DNA of 64,000 bases from the human T2T-CHM13v2.0 reference genome, Homo sapiens, in assembly GCF_009914755.1 (NCBI RefSeq), contig NC_060935.1; one strand, given 5' to 3'. The notes beneath the pieces are model-generated. The model was not told the DNA's origin, made no database searches, and saw only the letters and a program-made list of their open reading frames with translations. Positions 63,768-64,000 of this stretch are shown here, piece by piece. How positions within the stretch are numbered: the stretch's first letter is position 1; each line of letters begins with the position of its first letter. The translations under genes and the position numbers were made by a program.

Positions 63768-64000
63768 ATAGTTGTGCCTCTGGGTCACTAGGTTCTGAAT
63801 CTACAGATTCAACAAACTACAGGAGGAAACTTTTCCAAAAATAAAGGTGTGGCGGAGTTGTGTATGTACTGAACAGGTACAAACTTGTATTTCTTTGTCA
63901 TTATTTCTGAAAAACTACAATATAACAAGAACTTATATAGCATTTGCATTTTGTCAGTTATTCTAAATAACTTTAAATGATTTAATGTATCTGGGAGAAA
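63768..64000. mobile_element. MER2-like Tigger element, running off the window end
   Basis: Resembles MER2 (GATTCAAC..., TACTGAACA.GTACA, TATAACAA...ATAGCATTT). Confidence 0.65.

Overview
Hominid, almost certainly human, genomic DNA from the serum-amyloid-A cluster region (11p15.1, recognised from the encoded proteins). The window contains: (1) the complete 12-exon SAAL1 gene on the minus strand (ATG 35586, TAA 9941-9943, 475 aa; every exon phase closes, intron 9 has a GC donor) with a CpG-island promoter; (2) a 5'-truncated, frameshifted HIGD1A processed pseudogene head-to-head with SAAL1; (3) the SAA3P pseudogene (three coding exons, one +1 A insertion, premature TGA); (4) a retroelement block (MSTA and MER41 solo LTRs, a full-length SVA, a full-length L1PA carrying a nested younger L1 fragment, an L1PB); (5) a probable 126-nt non-coding exon of the downstream MRGPRX3 gene, whose CDS lies beyond the window. 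The rest is Alu, L2, MIR and DNA-transposon debris. I found no convincing wholly new multi-gene system. The best leads are a predicted NMD-escaping 42-aa secreted SAA3P peptide, retro-insertions that appear to displace an SAA3 STAT/C-EBP/NF-kB module, an SVA-derived first exon for MRGPRX3, two local templated duplications (one bracketing the SAAL1 promoter), a divergent CTCF pair, and possible gene conversion between nested L1 copies. Repeat subfamily names come from recalled consensus sequences, not from a search.
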